A stretch of 64,000 bases of DNA from Utricularia gibba (lineage: Eukaryota; Plantae; Magnoliophyta). The DNA lies in the NCBI GenBank assembly GCA_002189035.1, contig NEEC01000011.1, forward strand, positions 1,364,001 through 1,428,000, written 5' to 3'. The stretch's first letter is position 1, and the number at the start of each line of letters is the position of its first letter. Below are positions 1 to 16,632 of the stretch, piece by piece. Position numbers and translations under genes: made by a program. A model generated the notes under the pieces. That model did no database searches. It had not been told where the DNA came from and worked only from the letters and a program-made list of their open reading frames with translations.

Positions 1-1047
1 GCCTCCTCTAATATGTTAGCTTTACTGGTGTCGTCGATCTCAGCTCCATTCGTCTCTCCGGTCATTTCTGTTGCAGCCGCCGGGTCAGTCTCATTCTCAT
101 CGATTGTTTCTTCTGGTTTGTCCTGTTCGGTGTTGTCATCAGGCTCAGTAGCATTTGCAGTTGTTTGAGACACCTCTGTTCCTTCAACGACTGTGGCTTC
201 ATCAGTAGCAGCTTCAGTGTTTTCGGTCTGCACTATCTCTTCACTTGCCTTGTCAGCTCCCTTCTCCTTGATGTCCACTTGGATATCAGAATCAGCAACG
301 ACATCTTCCTCGGCAGCTGCTGCTTCGACTGGTTTGTCGTTGGTCTTGATATTGTCTCCCGTCCCCTCAGCCCCTGCATCTTCTTCCTGCCGAGTTTCCT
401 CAGCTGCTGCAACTTCAGCGGGTTCAGCATCTGTCTTGGTACCTATTTCTTCCTTTTCATCAGTTACTGGGACTTGTTCCGCAGCGGGATGCTCAGCCTC
501 CTTTTCTTTCTTCTTCCCGGAAGATGATCTCCGTCGTTTCGTGGGTGTCTCTATATCTTTCCACGTGCTGCTGCTCTTCACCCTTTCACTGATCCGAACG
601 GATCTCCTCGGAGTCTCACCCGTCCCCCAGTCGAATTCCGACAAAGCAGGCCCCCCTGGGTGTGCCTTCAAGTACAAATCAAGCTGCTTGCGGCTGTTAA
701 TCTCCACACCAGTAGGCGCAACAAACACTATTTCGCTCTTTTTCGGTGTACCTCCGTTCTTCGGAATGTACTGGCAAAAGCAAGGAAAACGCATGTCAAC
801 CAGCACGCCCCACAAGCAACCAGCCCAAAAACAACAAACAAATAATACAAAAAGAAACAGATTCCTCTGGAACTTGTAGGGCAGCGAACGACGACGGCGT
901 TTCAAATAAACGGAAACGAACGAGTCTAACGTGCAATCGAAAGACGAAACTGCAAAAACGAAATACGTATGATACCAATTTCTTCCAGGATGGCGGCGCC
1001 GGCAGCTCCACCGACACGACATCCTCACACGCTTCTCCCTCCACCAT
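1..1047 (-). CDS. MBD10: Methyl-CpG-binding domain protein, MBD10/MBD11-like; 3' end runs off the window
   Basis: Exon 1 is 1047-976 ([24 protein letters not shown]|GT). Exon 2 starts at 770 (AG|[62 protein letters not shown]) and stays open to base 1 with an acidic Glu/Ala/Thr-rich tail. This matches the MBD10/11 domain from memory; MBD10 versus MBD11 cannot be resolved. Confidence 0.9.
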
Positions 1048-1624
1048 CTCTCTCAAGTCAAAGCTCAAAGGCAACTCCTACAAAACAAGAGCAGCAGCGC
1101 GCGCAGTATAAGTACAACGACCAACAAAGCAGAGGTGCGAAAAGGCTTCCAAAGAAGACGCACCTCTCTCTAAAACTCAAACATCTCTCGCTCTAACCGC
1201 CACGACTGCCTTTTTCTCTCATCGAGTCCAGAAAATTTTGCAGCGACCGATCGAGAACGGCGTGAGTTCAGCCTTTGGGATTTGGATGAAGGACATGTGG
1301 CGGAATCTGGGAGGTTGGTGATGACTCACGCGGTGCACCGCCGCTTCAGTATATAACTCCTCCATGAACACCACTGGGCGTGACGTCTCACGTTCGTGCG
1401 GGTAGCGCGTGTGGGAGACGTCGAGTCCATAGCGCTAGGATGCGTGTCGCGTGTGACGCACGTCGGGTGGTTGAGAGTGCGCGTGCGCAGACGAGATTTA
1501 TGGTATTATTAACTGGATTGGAGAGATGTGGGATTGACGTCCGGATGAGGAGGGAATTGGGAATATGTGGGGTGCCGCATACAGAATAATCCCCCTTGCG
1601 GTACGACGCCAAAAAGCAAGAATT

Positions 1625-1740
1625 GGGCCGTACGTAAAATATGCACAAGGCCCATTTTAATTCTTAAAAGGCTTATTTGGCCACATTGGGCTTTTCCTTC
1701 CAGGCGAAGTGAGCCCACTGTTGCGCCACATAGGGCCGAG
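1625..1740. promoter_or_regulatory. Cluster of site II-like (GGCCCA/TGGGCY/GGGCC) elements upstream of the MBD gene
   Basis: Several TGGGCC, GGCCCA, TGGGCT and AGCCCA words within ~115 bp, about 450-550 bp upstream of the MBD 5' region. This is typical of TCP-bound housekeeping promoters. Confidence 0.4.
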
Positions 1741-3403
1741 CTGTGCTTATTCGATCGATATATCCTATGCTAGGGATATTCATGGATGGGATATTATAGT
1801 AATTCATTTAAGAACTTATAAATTGAAATCAATAATAAATAATATGGATATAATTAAAAAGTTATAGGAACTAATTATAAATGGTACGAATCCGAATTTG
1901 AATTCTTATAAATTGTTTATCTGAATCTAAATCCATTATTTTTTATTTTTTATAATATTAATTTTTTAATATATTATATTTTATGAATAAATATATATTA
2001 TTTAAAGTCAATAATATAAAATTTATCATTTATATACTAATAAAGTAAAATATGATATAAATTTGAGATAATTAATATTTAAAATTTAAAATAAAAATAA
2101 ACATATATTTATTTGAAATCGGACCAAAACCAATGAAAAATCAGACCAATACCGATTATGAATCCAAATTGATGATTCTAATAATAACTAATTAACCGAA
2201 TATTTAATCAAGTTTAATTCAAGTTATTGTTGGTACTGAACCGAATGCGATCGAGAACATCTGTACTCTATGCACATGCACAACCTTTTAGTAGTATTTT
2301 ACAAAAAATGTGTCCATCAGCAAGAAATCATGTGCAAAAGATATGAGATTTCGGTTCTAGTTCTTGCTGGATTTGGCTCATCCAGGCGCTATTTTTATTT
2401 TTTAAAAAACATTATTCAGTTATTTAATATTTTATATTATTGCTTTTAGAAACTACCATTATCATTATATCTCAATTTATCCAAATTATCAGACACAGAT
2501 TATGGTGATCTTTGATTTGATTATATCAATTTTATTCTAAAAAAACTACAAATCTTGTGTATTTGTAGTTTTTTTTGTTGGATCGTATAAGAAGTTGTTC
2601 TTCCAATTATACGATTATGTAATTAGATTCATTTATTTATGATGAAATGTAGTCATTTACATTATTTTATTTTTTGTAAATTTTATGATATCATTATTTT
2701 TAATCTAATAAATAATAAATGAAAACTGTATATTTAGTTGAAGTACCTGCATCCCCACATCAGAGTGTAAAATAGGAATTTTTTTAAATTATAAAAAATT
2801 CAGTAAAATTAAAATCATAAAACTTCCCAATTGATACCCTCTTTTGTCGGGGGACGGGCATGTCTTTGGCATGGAGGATGAGATCTAATCCTGAGCGTCG
2901 CAGTTCCCAAGGTGTGACAGTAGATATTTCCCCACCAACCATGCTGCCCCACGTGGATTTGGAAACTCACTACGTGTACTTTTCAGACTCTTTCCTAATT
3001 AAAAATATTCTTCTATAAAAAATAATAATAAAATATTAAGTATTAAAATTATTATATGTATATTGATACTAATTGGTAGTTGATATAAGATTTGGCATGT
3101 TACCCCTATTGAGAATATATGTGTTGGTTTTATATCACAAAAATTCTGTGAAATAAAAAAAGAATTATCTAAAAGAGATTAAATATGATTTGAATTCAGA
3201 TTTTTTGATTTTGAATTTGGTAATAGTCCATAAGGTCTTGTGCTACTTGAACTGTTCAATGCATACGGATCGCTACATTCTGTTTTCCTTTTCTTCATAA
3301 AGGACTTAACGCTAGCGTCTCTCTTCTTCTTCTTCCTCTCCTCCCTTGCGCTACACCTATCCTATCTTTATTGAGGGAGAATTGAGAAGAAGGGTAGAGC
3401 AGT

Positions 3404-5696
3404 ATGCAAGGTGTTCTTCAGTCAAGAGGGCTTTTTTCCTTTCCGTCTCACTCAAAGTCCAGAGCTTTCATTGCTCAGCCTCCACGTGAATTGGGAAACA
3501 GATTCTGTCCCTTGAATTCTTCGTTGAAATTCGATAGAATTTCTATTGCGCGTAATGGGTTTTCCAAATTTCATGGCTTTGTTGTTGCAAGACCACATTT
3601 TTCTGAAAGAAAGAGTGGGTTTTATCCTGTTTGTCGAGCGGAGGCTGCGGCTTCTGCGTCAGCTGATGGGGAGGCTTTGTTTGCAGAAAAGGAGTCGCCC
3701 AAGTTTCTGGGTATTGAGCAGGCGACTGTGAAGAAAATTGTACCTCTTGGGATGATGTTTTTTTGCATTCTTTTTAACTACACAATTCTCAGGGACACTA
3801 AGGATGTTTTGGTGGTGACAGCCAAAGGTTCCAGCGCTGAAATCATACCATTCTTGAAAACATGGGTGAATTTGCCTATGGCTATAGGGTTTATGCTCCT
3901 ATACACAAAGCTTGCCAATGTGCTGTCCAAAAAGGCTCTCTTCTACGCTGTTATCGTTCCTTTCATAGCCTTTTTTGGTGCTTTTGGGTTTGTGTTGTAT
4001 CCCCTAAGCCAATATTTCCACCCCACAGCCCTGGCAGACAAGCTGTTGAACGCTCTTGGTCCGAGGTTTCTTGGACCTCTTGCTATCATGAGGATCTGGA
4101 GTTTTTGCTTGTTTTATGTTATGGCCGAGCTTTGGGGCAGTGTGGTTATCTCTGTTCTGTTCTGGGGCTTCGCTAATCAGGTATTCATTTGTCTTTTCTA
4201 CTAATCCTAAAACTGATATCCAAAAGCAAAACGGTATGGTTGATTAAAAAACTCTCCTACGTAACCGTCGGATTCTTCCTAGTATGTTTCTTGAATGACT
4301 CATGATTGGATACTTTGTGTTTCTTAGATCACCACTGTCGAGGAAGCCAAGAGATTTTATCCTCTTTTTGGTTTAGGAGCCAATGTTGCTCTTATCTTCT
4401 CCGGTCGAACTGTGAAATATTTCTCCCAGCTGAGGCAAAATCTAGGACCGGGAGTCGACGGCTGGGCCGTCTCACTCAAGGGGATGATGAGCATTGTGGT
4501 GGTTATGGGGCTGGCTATCTGCGGCCTTTATTGGTGGGTCAACCGCAACGTTCCTCTACCAACTCGCAGTTACAAAAAGAAGGTAAAATTCGTACTTGAC
4601 CAACAATGCTGCTTCTCTACATTGGTTGCATGAGTCATTCAATTCTTTCTTCAAAATTTTCCTCAGGAGAAGCCGAAAATGGGGACAATGGAGAGCTTGA
4701 AGTTCTTGGTATCTTCAAAGTACATCAGGGATCTTGCCACTCTGGTTGTAGCCTATGGTATTAGCATCAACCTTGTGGAGGTTACATGGAAATCGAAACT
4801 CAAAGCTCAGGTAAGAATACCGGTTTGTACTTCGTTGATAGTCCCCTGTCACTCACATGAATCCGCCATTAATGTTTTTGCTGGTTGCACTTCAGTTCCC
4901 AACGCCGAATGAATATTCCTCCTTCATGGGGATTTTTCAACTGCAACTGGCATAGCGACTTTCACCATGATGCTCCTGAGCCAATGGATCTTCGGTAAAT
5001 ACGGTTGGGGTGTGGCTGCAACCATCACACCTACCGTCCTGCTGCTCACCGGAGTTGGCTTCTTCTCCCTGATCCTGTTCGGTGATCCTCTAGCTCCTGC
5101 TCTTGCGAAGTTCGGCATGACTCCCCTTCTAGCAGCAGTATACGTCGGAGCATTGCAGAACATTTTCAGTAAGAGTTCGAAGTACAGTTTGTTCGATCCC
5201 TGCAAGGAAATGGCTTACATTCCTTTGGATGAGGACACAAAGGTTTTCTACTTTCCACCCCTTTTTTCTTCCTCTAAATTCCCTGTGTTCATCCTAGTAA
5301 TCAGTAATTCTTCGGTCTCAGGTGAAAGGAAAAGCCGCGATCGATGTTGTCTGCAATCCTCTCGGAAAGTCGGGAGGCGCTCTGATACAGCAGTTCATGA
5401 TTCTGAGCTTCGGTTCACTGGCGAACTCGACTCCCTACCTTGGCGGCATTCTTCTGGCGATCGTGCTTGCCTGGCTAGCCGCGGCCAGATCGCTGGATGG
5501 GCAGTTCACAGAGCTCAGGCGAGAAGAAGAGCTCGAGAGAGAAATGGAGCGTGCCAACGTGAAGATTCCGGTCGTGTCTTCAGGGGAAGGCGGTGAAGAT
5601 GGCTCCCTACTCCCCGGTGGGACGGCTCTAAACCCGAGCAGGGGCGAGCCATCAGCCACACCTGCATCTACTACACCTAGGAAAGCATCAAGCTGA
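3404..5696 (+). CDS. NTT1: Plastidic ATP/ADP translocator (NTT/AATP), 5 exons, one apparent -1 frameshift
   Basis: Exons 3404-4180, 4328-4582, 4667-4810, 4896-5242 and 5322-5696, all with GT-AG borders. Motifs: transit peptide, KKIVPLGMMFFCILFNYTILRDTKDVLVV, YVMAELWGS, SKYSLFDPCKEMAYIPLDED, KGKAAIDVVCNPLGKSGGALIQQ. One base is missing at GGGG 4928-4931 (MG-DFSTATG). Confidence 0.95.
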
Positions 5697-5955
5697 AGAA
5701 CAATCATTGATGGGAAGAAATAAGCAAGATTTTAGTGGGCGTTTGGCTAAGAATGAAGCTATTTGGTCACGTGTAGTATTCCCTCTGCCCACTGAAATTA
5801 CAGTGCTTTATTAACGGTTAATCAAAAATCATATGATTCACAGTTTACTGTCTTAGAATCTAAAGATTTTTCCCAGGGGCTTACCGTCCGGCACGCTCGG
5901 TGCAGAAGTCTCTCCCCTCTTCAGGCATTCGAGAGCTCTCTTCCTAATCATCCAA

Positions 5956-5976
5956 GCAGCAGCAGCAGCAGCAGCA
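5956..5976. repeat. (GCA)7 microsatellite
   Basis: gcagcagcagcagcagcagca read directly. Confidence 0.95.
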
Positions 5977-8344
5977 AATCATCCTTCGGCTTCCTCTCGC
6001 ATCGCAGGCTTGAAGCCAATCTGCATCGTCACTACTTAAAACACACCAAAACCCAAAGAAAATAAGATTCAGATAAGGGTTTTTCCCAACCGCCTGGGAA
6101 ATTGATGGGCTACAACTCCAACAAGATTAGACATAAACAAAAAGAAGAACAATCGAAAGCAACAAAGCATGGCTTCCTTTGGACGCGGGTGCTCGGATGG
6201 CGCTCCTACCCGATAGACTCGAAAAGGGCACCCAACTCGGATTATTTGCCTCTAATTCAAACTCGAGGGGAGTAGAAGTTGGAGAGAGCAAGTACTTGAA
6301 AATAAACCAATAAAAACTGTGTTCAATCCCTACCTTAAGGAATGAATGGAGAGCTAATGTTTAGTGAGCCACAAAATTGGTTCAGTCAACATGTTGATCG
6401 GAGTCCCTCTCTTTTGTTGCATAATATCATCCTTCTATAGAATCCCCTACTCGAGGGAGTATGCGCATTCCATAAATATATTGTAAAAAACTAGATGTAA
6501 AAAAAAAAATAACTAGCTAATGGTGAGGTGTTGATGATCATTGTTCGGTCATGGTGAAATCCTCAATAAACATGTCTAGGTAGAGTAGTATATAAGAAGG
6601 AAGTGTTGAAGTAGTATTACTAAATTAACAAGATCTGGGCAAGGTGTGCCTTAGAGTAGCTCACATAAAGATTTTAGGTAGAACGTGCACAATGCTTGGT
6701 TATGTATCCCACTTATCTTTGGAAAAAAATTCTGACAACACAATAGAAGACTTGGGTACAGAGTGTTCGGAAAGATATTACTCAAGAAATGAACACTTGA
6801 ATATATAGAATAATTGAAGCAATCTCATGAAGATCTCGTGGAGAATGGCTCACAAAGGACTACTATAACGCTCAAATGACTCACAAGATACTCACTAGAT
6901 GGGTATAATAAAAAAATGATGGAACGTAGTATTGAAATTATCCGAGTAACAAACTACGACTAGATACCTAACAAGGGGCATCACAACAGTACATGTGCCC
7001 AACAAGTAAAAGATCTTAGTGAAGAGCTCACCAAGCATTTCGAAAGTCGGAAAGGGCAAGAGATGCATTGAAGATCCAAATAATAAAAGTTGAACTATAA
7101 TATAAGAAAGAAATAATATCTATGGAAATATATTTACTAAGACGAAATAAAGTCAAAACTCTCTTCATATCAAAACTATTCTTTATATATTTAAAGTATC
7201 CAAAAAATATAAAAATCTCCACAAACCTTTAAAAATGGGCATCAACACCTTTGAGAAGAAAGTATTCAATGTACTTTTTATTTGATATTGAGAAAAATAC
7301 TTTTTTAAGTTATAATATTTTAATCATTTTTATTTTAAAGTCAAATATTTTAATTTATGTAAAATATTTTAAAAAATTTAATTTGAGATATATATTTTTA
7401 AATAAAATTAAAATTAAATATATATTTTTTAAAATTATTTTTCTCAATTTTTAATGTTTTTTCTATGATATTTCCATTATCCAATTTTTTTGAGATTGAA
7501 ACATCTTAATAGTAATATGTGAATATAAATAATGTTTTCTTATACTTTATCTAAAGTACTACATCATACTCGTATGTATCTTCTTCAATTATACCAAGTG
7601 TGTCATACATACTAACAAGGTTTTCAAATTGAGACTTGAATTTGCATAAATGTTTTTGATTAAAATTGAAATACAAAGAGATAAGGGAAGTTTTGTGCAT
7701 AGAATAATTACTTCTATAATACATTTTGTAGGAAATTATAAGAAATGAAACTAGAAAATGATTCAATTGTAATATTTTTTTCATAATTTTTTAGTATTTT
7801 TTGAATATTTTTTTAAAAATTTACAATATTTTGTAAAAATGTATATTAAATTTTAGTTCCCTTTAAAAATATTTATCTCAAAATTTAAAAAATTTTAAAA
7901 TAATTTTTAACCGAAATGTCATAAATTTAATTTATTGACTGTATTTTGCATAAATTAAAATGTTTGATTGTAAAATGAAAATAGGTGAAAGATTGTGATT
8001 TAAAAAACAATTTTTCCTTTTGATATTCCTCAAATTCACTCCAAGTATCAAAAGTCTCTTGAAAGTACTTTACAAGCATTTTGTCTTCATATCACCATCT
8101 ATTGGAATCCACCATAATCATCATTTACTTTGTATCACCAAGTTATTTTTTTACTATTAATTGATTTTATTCTCTTGTGTAAAGAGCATTACTCATGGTT
8201 TTCTCATTTTTCATGTCATCATTCCTTATGTTTTTTTATTCCTAGTGATAAATGAACTTTTTACCATCAATGATGTATGATATACACCTCAAATAATGTA
8301 GGAAAATAGAACTATATAAGAATTAACAATTATTTAATTCTCAC

Positions 8345-8800
8345 AATTTTGTTACAAGACTTGTCTAAAAGAAAAATTGATGAGACAACCTATTCATGTG
8401 AGTATGATCAAAAGTGAAGAAAAACTTGAATTATTGTACATTGACTTGTGTGAAATGTTCAAAGAATTGTGCCTAGGTGAAAGTATGTACTTTCTTATTA
8501 TTGTGAATGATTAAAACAAGTTATATTATGTGTACTTTCTAAAAGTCAAGTCATGAGTGTTCAACATATTCAAGAAGTTCAAAATTGTTGTAGAAAAAAT
8601 ATAGAGATCATAAATTTAAAAGAATAGGCCCTAATGAAAGAGATGAGTTTTTAAAAAATGAACTAAATCAATACTATATAAGTAAAAATAACTTACTACA
8701 TTCTACACATTAGATCAAAATGGTGTTCATGACGAAAAAAATAGAACCATTTTGAACATGATCACATGTAGTTTATTCAAGAAAAATATATCTTTCGTTT
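8345..8800 (+). mobile_element. Degenerate Ty1/copia GAG-pre-integrase and integrase core fragment
   Basis: Manual translation across stops and shifts gives C..C..EKL.RQP, LELLYIDLC, MYFLIIVND, VYFLKVKS..FNIFKKFKIVVEK, DQNGV..RKNRTILNMI. These are copia integrase motifs. Confidence 0.8.
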
Positions 8801-11603
8801 TTTATGTTTTAGAGCCCAAGTAACTTAAATGAGAATTATAAATTTAAACAGTTTTTTAGAAAACTTTTACGATTTAATTTTAGTTCTATAGAAGTAAAAG
8901 TTATTTTTTTACAAAACAAAATTAATTTTAAAAGTACTTTTGAAATCAAATTAAAAAAAAACTTTTACAAAATTACTTTAAATATTATACTTTTCAAATG
9001 CTGCTTTAACTTATTCGAAAATTCTCAAAAACATTTTCATAAAAATTCTATTGTAGATTTTCTTCATCAAAAACTCTAAGGTAAGATGAATAAAGTTGTT
9101 TTTCGTGTTTTTGATATATTGTAAATTTTCTTATTCTTTCCCTTTCTTTTATTGTTTGTATTCAATTTAGGTGATTGAATAAAATCAAATATAACTTTCA
9201 GATTTTGACATTTTAATAAATAAATAACTCAACAATTGCTTAGAAGTTATATTGTGAGTCAATTAGAAATGTAGATATTGACAAAAAAATTATTTTATAA
9301 AAATAGACAATTATGCACATTATGTAATAAAAATAGTCATCTTTTAATTTTAATTTTATTTTATTGAATTATTTTTATTTTAATTATATTTATTAAGTGT
9401 ATTTAGAATATATGTTTAAAAAATTAGATTATATTATAAGGATTTCTTCTACTTATAGGAGAGGTCGATTTGACCTAATTCTAAATTCTGTAGGTGTCAG
9501 TTGCTTTCTGTACCTGTATTGTGATCCTAATTTTCAAATGATCGCCATCTATTCTACCACTATTCAGCTACTTTTCAGATTGTGCAAAACGGCCGCTGCA
9601 AACAAATTATGACAACTATCGGTATGTCATCCTGAGCTATCACATCGAAGCACCTTTTGGCAGCTTTTCAGGAATCGATTAGCTGTATATGATTTGTCCC
9701 CCATCAGTATCTTTAATGAGTGTTTTCAGATTGTCAATGACGTGCCACCAAGTGTGTTTGGTTAATGCAACTCTGATTATTTATAATTTTTTTCAGCAAG
9801 TTAATGCACAAGATTATGGTCATGATTTGAGTGAATATAATAATCTAAATCCATTTTCAGAAATTAATGATGATCCAATCAAAGAAAATGAAAATGCTAC
9901 ACGTAAATTGAATGAAAACCATACATGATTTGTGATTAACTTTAGAGTATAAAAACTATGTTGTTTTTAACTTTGATTGTATTTTAAAATTCATGATCTA
10001 ATGTACCAATCTTTTGAATATAATCAATTAAAGGTAATTAATATTATAAATAAAAGTAAATTCATTTTAAAAATAAAAATATGTTCAAAACACTAAAATA
10101 TGTTTATATTTTTATTAGGTTTACTACTTTTCAAAAAATATATACAAAAATATAATTAAATCGTAAAAGTTTTACAAAATACTATTTCAATATATGATGA
10201 TATAATAGATTTAAACATACAAAATTGGTGCAATTTCATTTCCTAAAACATAAGAGATGAGTATGATAAATCTACTTGAAATGTTGTTCTTGCGACAACA
10301 TTTTGGAGTACACGGAAGAATCATAATAATTACATTTGGAGATAACATTGTCATAGTAAATACTCTAATATAACCGAACCTAAATCCAATACATTCATGC
10401 TTGATTCACACATGCATTGAAACTCTTCCTTGGATAAATGTGGAATGTGCTGGTAATAAAGTGCATGTCTATGATTGAATTTGTAATGCATGGTTAGTAA
10501 TGAAATGAAGATAGAGTTTTGAATATTTTGGATTTTTACTTTATTTCTAGAAAATGATAATAAAAAAATCTTAATATAATAATATACTTTATAATTAAAT
10601 GAAAACAAAATTTCTACTGAATTCAGATAATTTTAGTTTTTACATTTAACTTTTAAATAAAAAAATGATATTGAAACATAAAAAATATAATATAATATTC
10701 TAATCAATTAAGAAAATGCGATTGAATACATAATTTATAATATTTTTAATTAAAAGTAATAATTATTTAATCAATATTCATGAAGGAAATGAGATTGAAA
10801 CATTAGAAATATAAAATATAATATAGAAATTTTTTTGTAACATTTCAAATCGAAGAAAAATTAAGATGCTGCCTTGCGGGTGGGCTTCCGTTTACAGTAG
10901 TTAACTATATAACATGGGCCCATCGGTGGTGTCACTGATTTCCAGCCCGGAAAAATAGAGTTTTCAATTTTATATTGCAAATATTCATAATTTTGTTGTA
11001 TCGACCTTGCCAGTAGCCATGGCTATGGCTGGAAAGCAGATACACAGAACCAGGGCATCTCCTCCTTTCCCTGATCAAGCATGGGACAATCAGCACAACC
11101 CACAACCACACGATTTCAGAAGTTTAAGCCTTGGTTCAACTAAGATATCCCCAAGGATCCTGAGCAAAGCATCTCCCTGTATCTATCTCTTTGTTTCTCC
11201 TCTTATGTCCACAACATAAATCGAAATATGTAGATCAGCAATTCATCAAACCTGCGGCAACACAAGAGTTGCTCCCAAGAATCAATACGACCATATCAAT
11301 GGAATCCCCTCCTGCTGGCTTTCTGTGAAGCACTCAGTGGGCTGAGGGCTTCTAAAAACATCGTAAGCGTAGATCTTCCCGTATCATTCATCAGCCAACA
11401 TATAAATCATGTTTGCAAGTAGGGAAAAAGAGGAGGCACTTGTAAATGATTCGTTAATGCACAATACAGCATCCATCCAGACATGTTTTACGTACAGGAA
11501 GCATTAGGGATGATGCCCAATTCACAGTCGTTTTGCGATATATACAACAAACAAATCTTGGAAAGATGAGTGCAGCACTCACTGGCCAGCCATATAAACC
11601 ACT

Positions 11604-12491
11604 TCAAACCTGCACAAACATTCACTCGTGTTACACAGCATTCATCAAAGCAGCTTTTTTGTGATGGAGTTTCCTTAAACCATAAGCACAGGAAACAAGC
11701 AGGAAATAAGCAAAGAAAACTCACTTCGGGATAGCAATTTTGGTGAGTAATTGTTTGATTATCCGTGCTCACAAGGATTTCACATGCTACTTTTCCCTGC
11801 ATCCAAGGGTAGGAGGGATTAAAAAATGATGACAATGACAGCATTTTCAAGATGGAGTTGCTTTGGGAAAGAAATTGCAAGTGGAAAATATACCTTCAGA
11901 GGTAAGCCAATGGAGAAAAGATCGATCTTTCCCTGAATCTCCGAAACCGTGTCAAATTCAATAGCTCCTTTAGCCAAATCCTCGATCAACCAGATCGCAT
12001 CACTCAACATCTCCACGCCGTTGAGCTTCAGTCTAGCGTTCACATACGATGAACCCCGTGCCCTAATGCGACCACCGTGGGAATTTACAAATCCCAGTCT
12101 CCTACCCCTGTATCCCACCGCCACCAAAAGGGATTCATACTCAATCGAGTAGAAATCCCTGTTCCGAACCTTAACCCTCATGTCAAGGTTATATCCAACG
12201 AGATATCAGGTTCCGTGCGAAAATGAAGACGATCGAGTTTGAGACGAGCGATGGAGATCTCGGGATCGGATGGCCAGAATATGTACCCGATTGCGACAGC
12301 CACGAGGAAGAAGAGAGCAACCGCGAAACAGCAAAGACGCTGCCGATTGCAGAGACGGAAACGACGACGGCCAAAGGGATGGTAAGGAGGTAACACGATA
12401 ACGTATTGTGGCGACGGAGGCTCGGGTACCACGGTTGAGGGAGGAGGGGCTGGCCGTAAGCCACCCCGTCGGCCTCTTGCGCTGCCTTCAT
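11604..12491 (-). CDS. LEA_2 / NDR1-HIN1-like membrane-anchored protein (At1g52330/At4g13270 type), two apparent -1 frameshifts
   Basis: ATG at 12491 (MKAAQEADGVAYGQPLLPQP), then PQYVIVLPPY, TM helix LCCFAVALFFLVAVAIGYIFWPSDP, and VKVRNRDFYSIEY..LLVAVGYRGRRLGFV. Exon 2 is 11796-11725 (GKVACEILVSTDNQTITHQNCYPE); exon 3 is 11609-11604 (V*). Frame breaks at 12433-12434 and 12187-12188. Confidence 0.88.
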
Positions 12492-13572
12492 CGGATGGAG
12501 ATCGCCAGAAATTCCAAACGGCGTGTTCGTCAACTTTTATTCAACGCCGATTTCCAGCTCTCAATGGAAGAGCAGCGGCGAGTATATGGTTTTTTTCAGC
12601 CCAACCCACCGAAAAACGCGTTTGTTAAAAAAAAAAAAAAAAGATAATCCTTTTGTATACTCTAAAAAACATTTTGGAAAATTTTTTAAAATCTATTTTT
12701 ACTTATAAAAAAGCAAAAGAGAAAAATGATTAATATATTGAAGTAAAAATAGAATTGAAAAGTAAAGAATAATTCATTTTTTACTTTTAATTTGTATTCA
12801 TTATACATTCAAAAATATGATACTAATAATAGAAAAAATAAGTTATATTCCCTAACTTCAAAAATTTTCCCAAAAACACCAAGAAATGTCATTTCCAACT
12901 AGTGAATTTACCTAAACAATATAGACTTAAATAAAGGGTTATTTTGAATAATAACCATCATTACAACACAAAATTTGAAAAATAAGTTATTTCCAAAATT
13001 TGTTTGAAGAATAACCATCCTATAATAACAAATATATATCCAATTGATAAGAATTATATATAATAATAATAAATATCAAAATTATATTTTCTTCGCTTTA
13101 AAATTAATATAAATATAAGTAATGCAATACATTATACTTATATTCATTATTATATAATAATTTCAAAAAAAATATTAAAAAAACAGTTCATAATCATTAT
13201 GTTTTATGAAATCATGAAAAAAGAATTCTTTTAGAATTCACTATGGTAAATAGGAGTTTTAGATATCTCAATTATTCAAAAGATATCTTAAATATAATTA
13301 AATTATGTAAAAAAAAAAATACTTTTTAAATAAAACCACCTCAATTCTTATATTAATTTAAAACCCATTTTCGATTTATAATAAAAAAATTATATAAAAT
13401 TAATTATTAGACATGATTTAATAAAACCAAACCGATCAAACGCCCTCTCATCGATGATAGTTTAGAACTCATGACTGGAGCATCAAACAAGTAGCATGTG
13501 TTCAACTTCAAAGCGGGAGGGGTGTGTGTAAAGGGCCGGGAAAAGGATACTCCTGTGACAGCGTCTATTGTA

Positions 13573-16632
<3,060 letters not shown>

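Noticed and set aside
165-879. Long + strand Ser/Ala-rich ORFs (120 aa and 228 aa)
   Set aside because: They are antisense shadows of the acidic MBD exon 2 on the - strand.
3404-5696. NTT as a bacterial horizontal transfer
   Set aside because: The chlamydia-related origin of plastid NTTs is ancient and well known. This is an ordinary intron-containing nuclear gene.
6240-7050. Possible copia RT/RNaseH remnant
   Set aside because: Only vague motif echoes and a PPT-like CTCGAGGGGAG. Too degenerate to support as a feature.
11330-11400. C/D-box snoRNA-like TGATGA...CTGA on the - strand downstream of the LEA gene
   Set aside because: No terminal stem and no recognisable rRNA-complementary guide.
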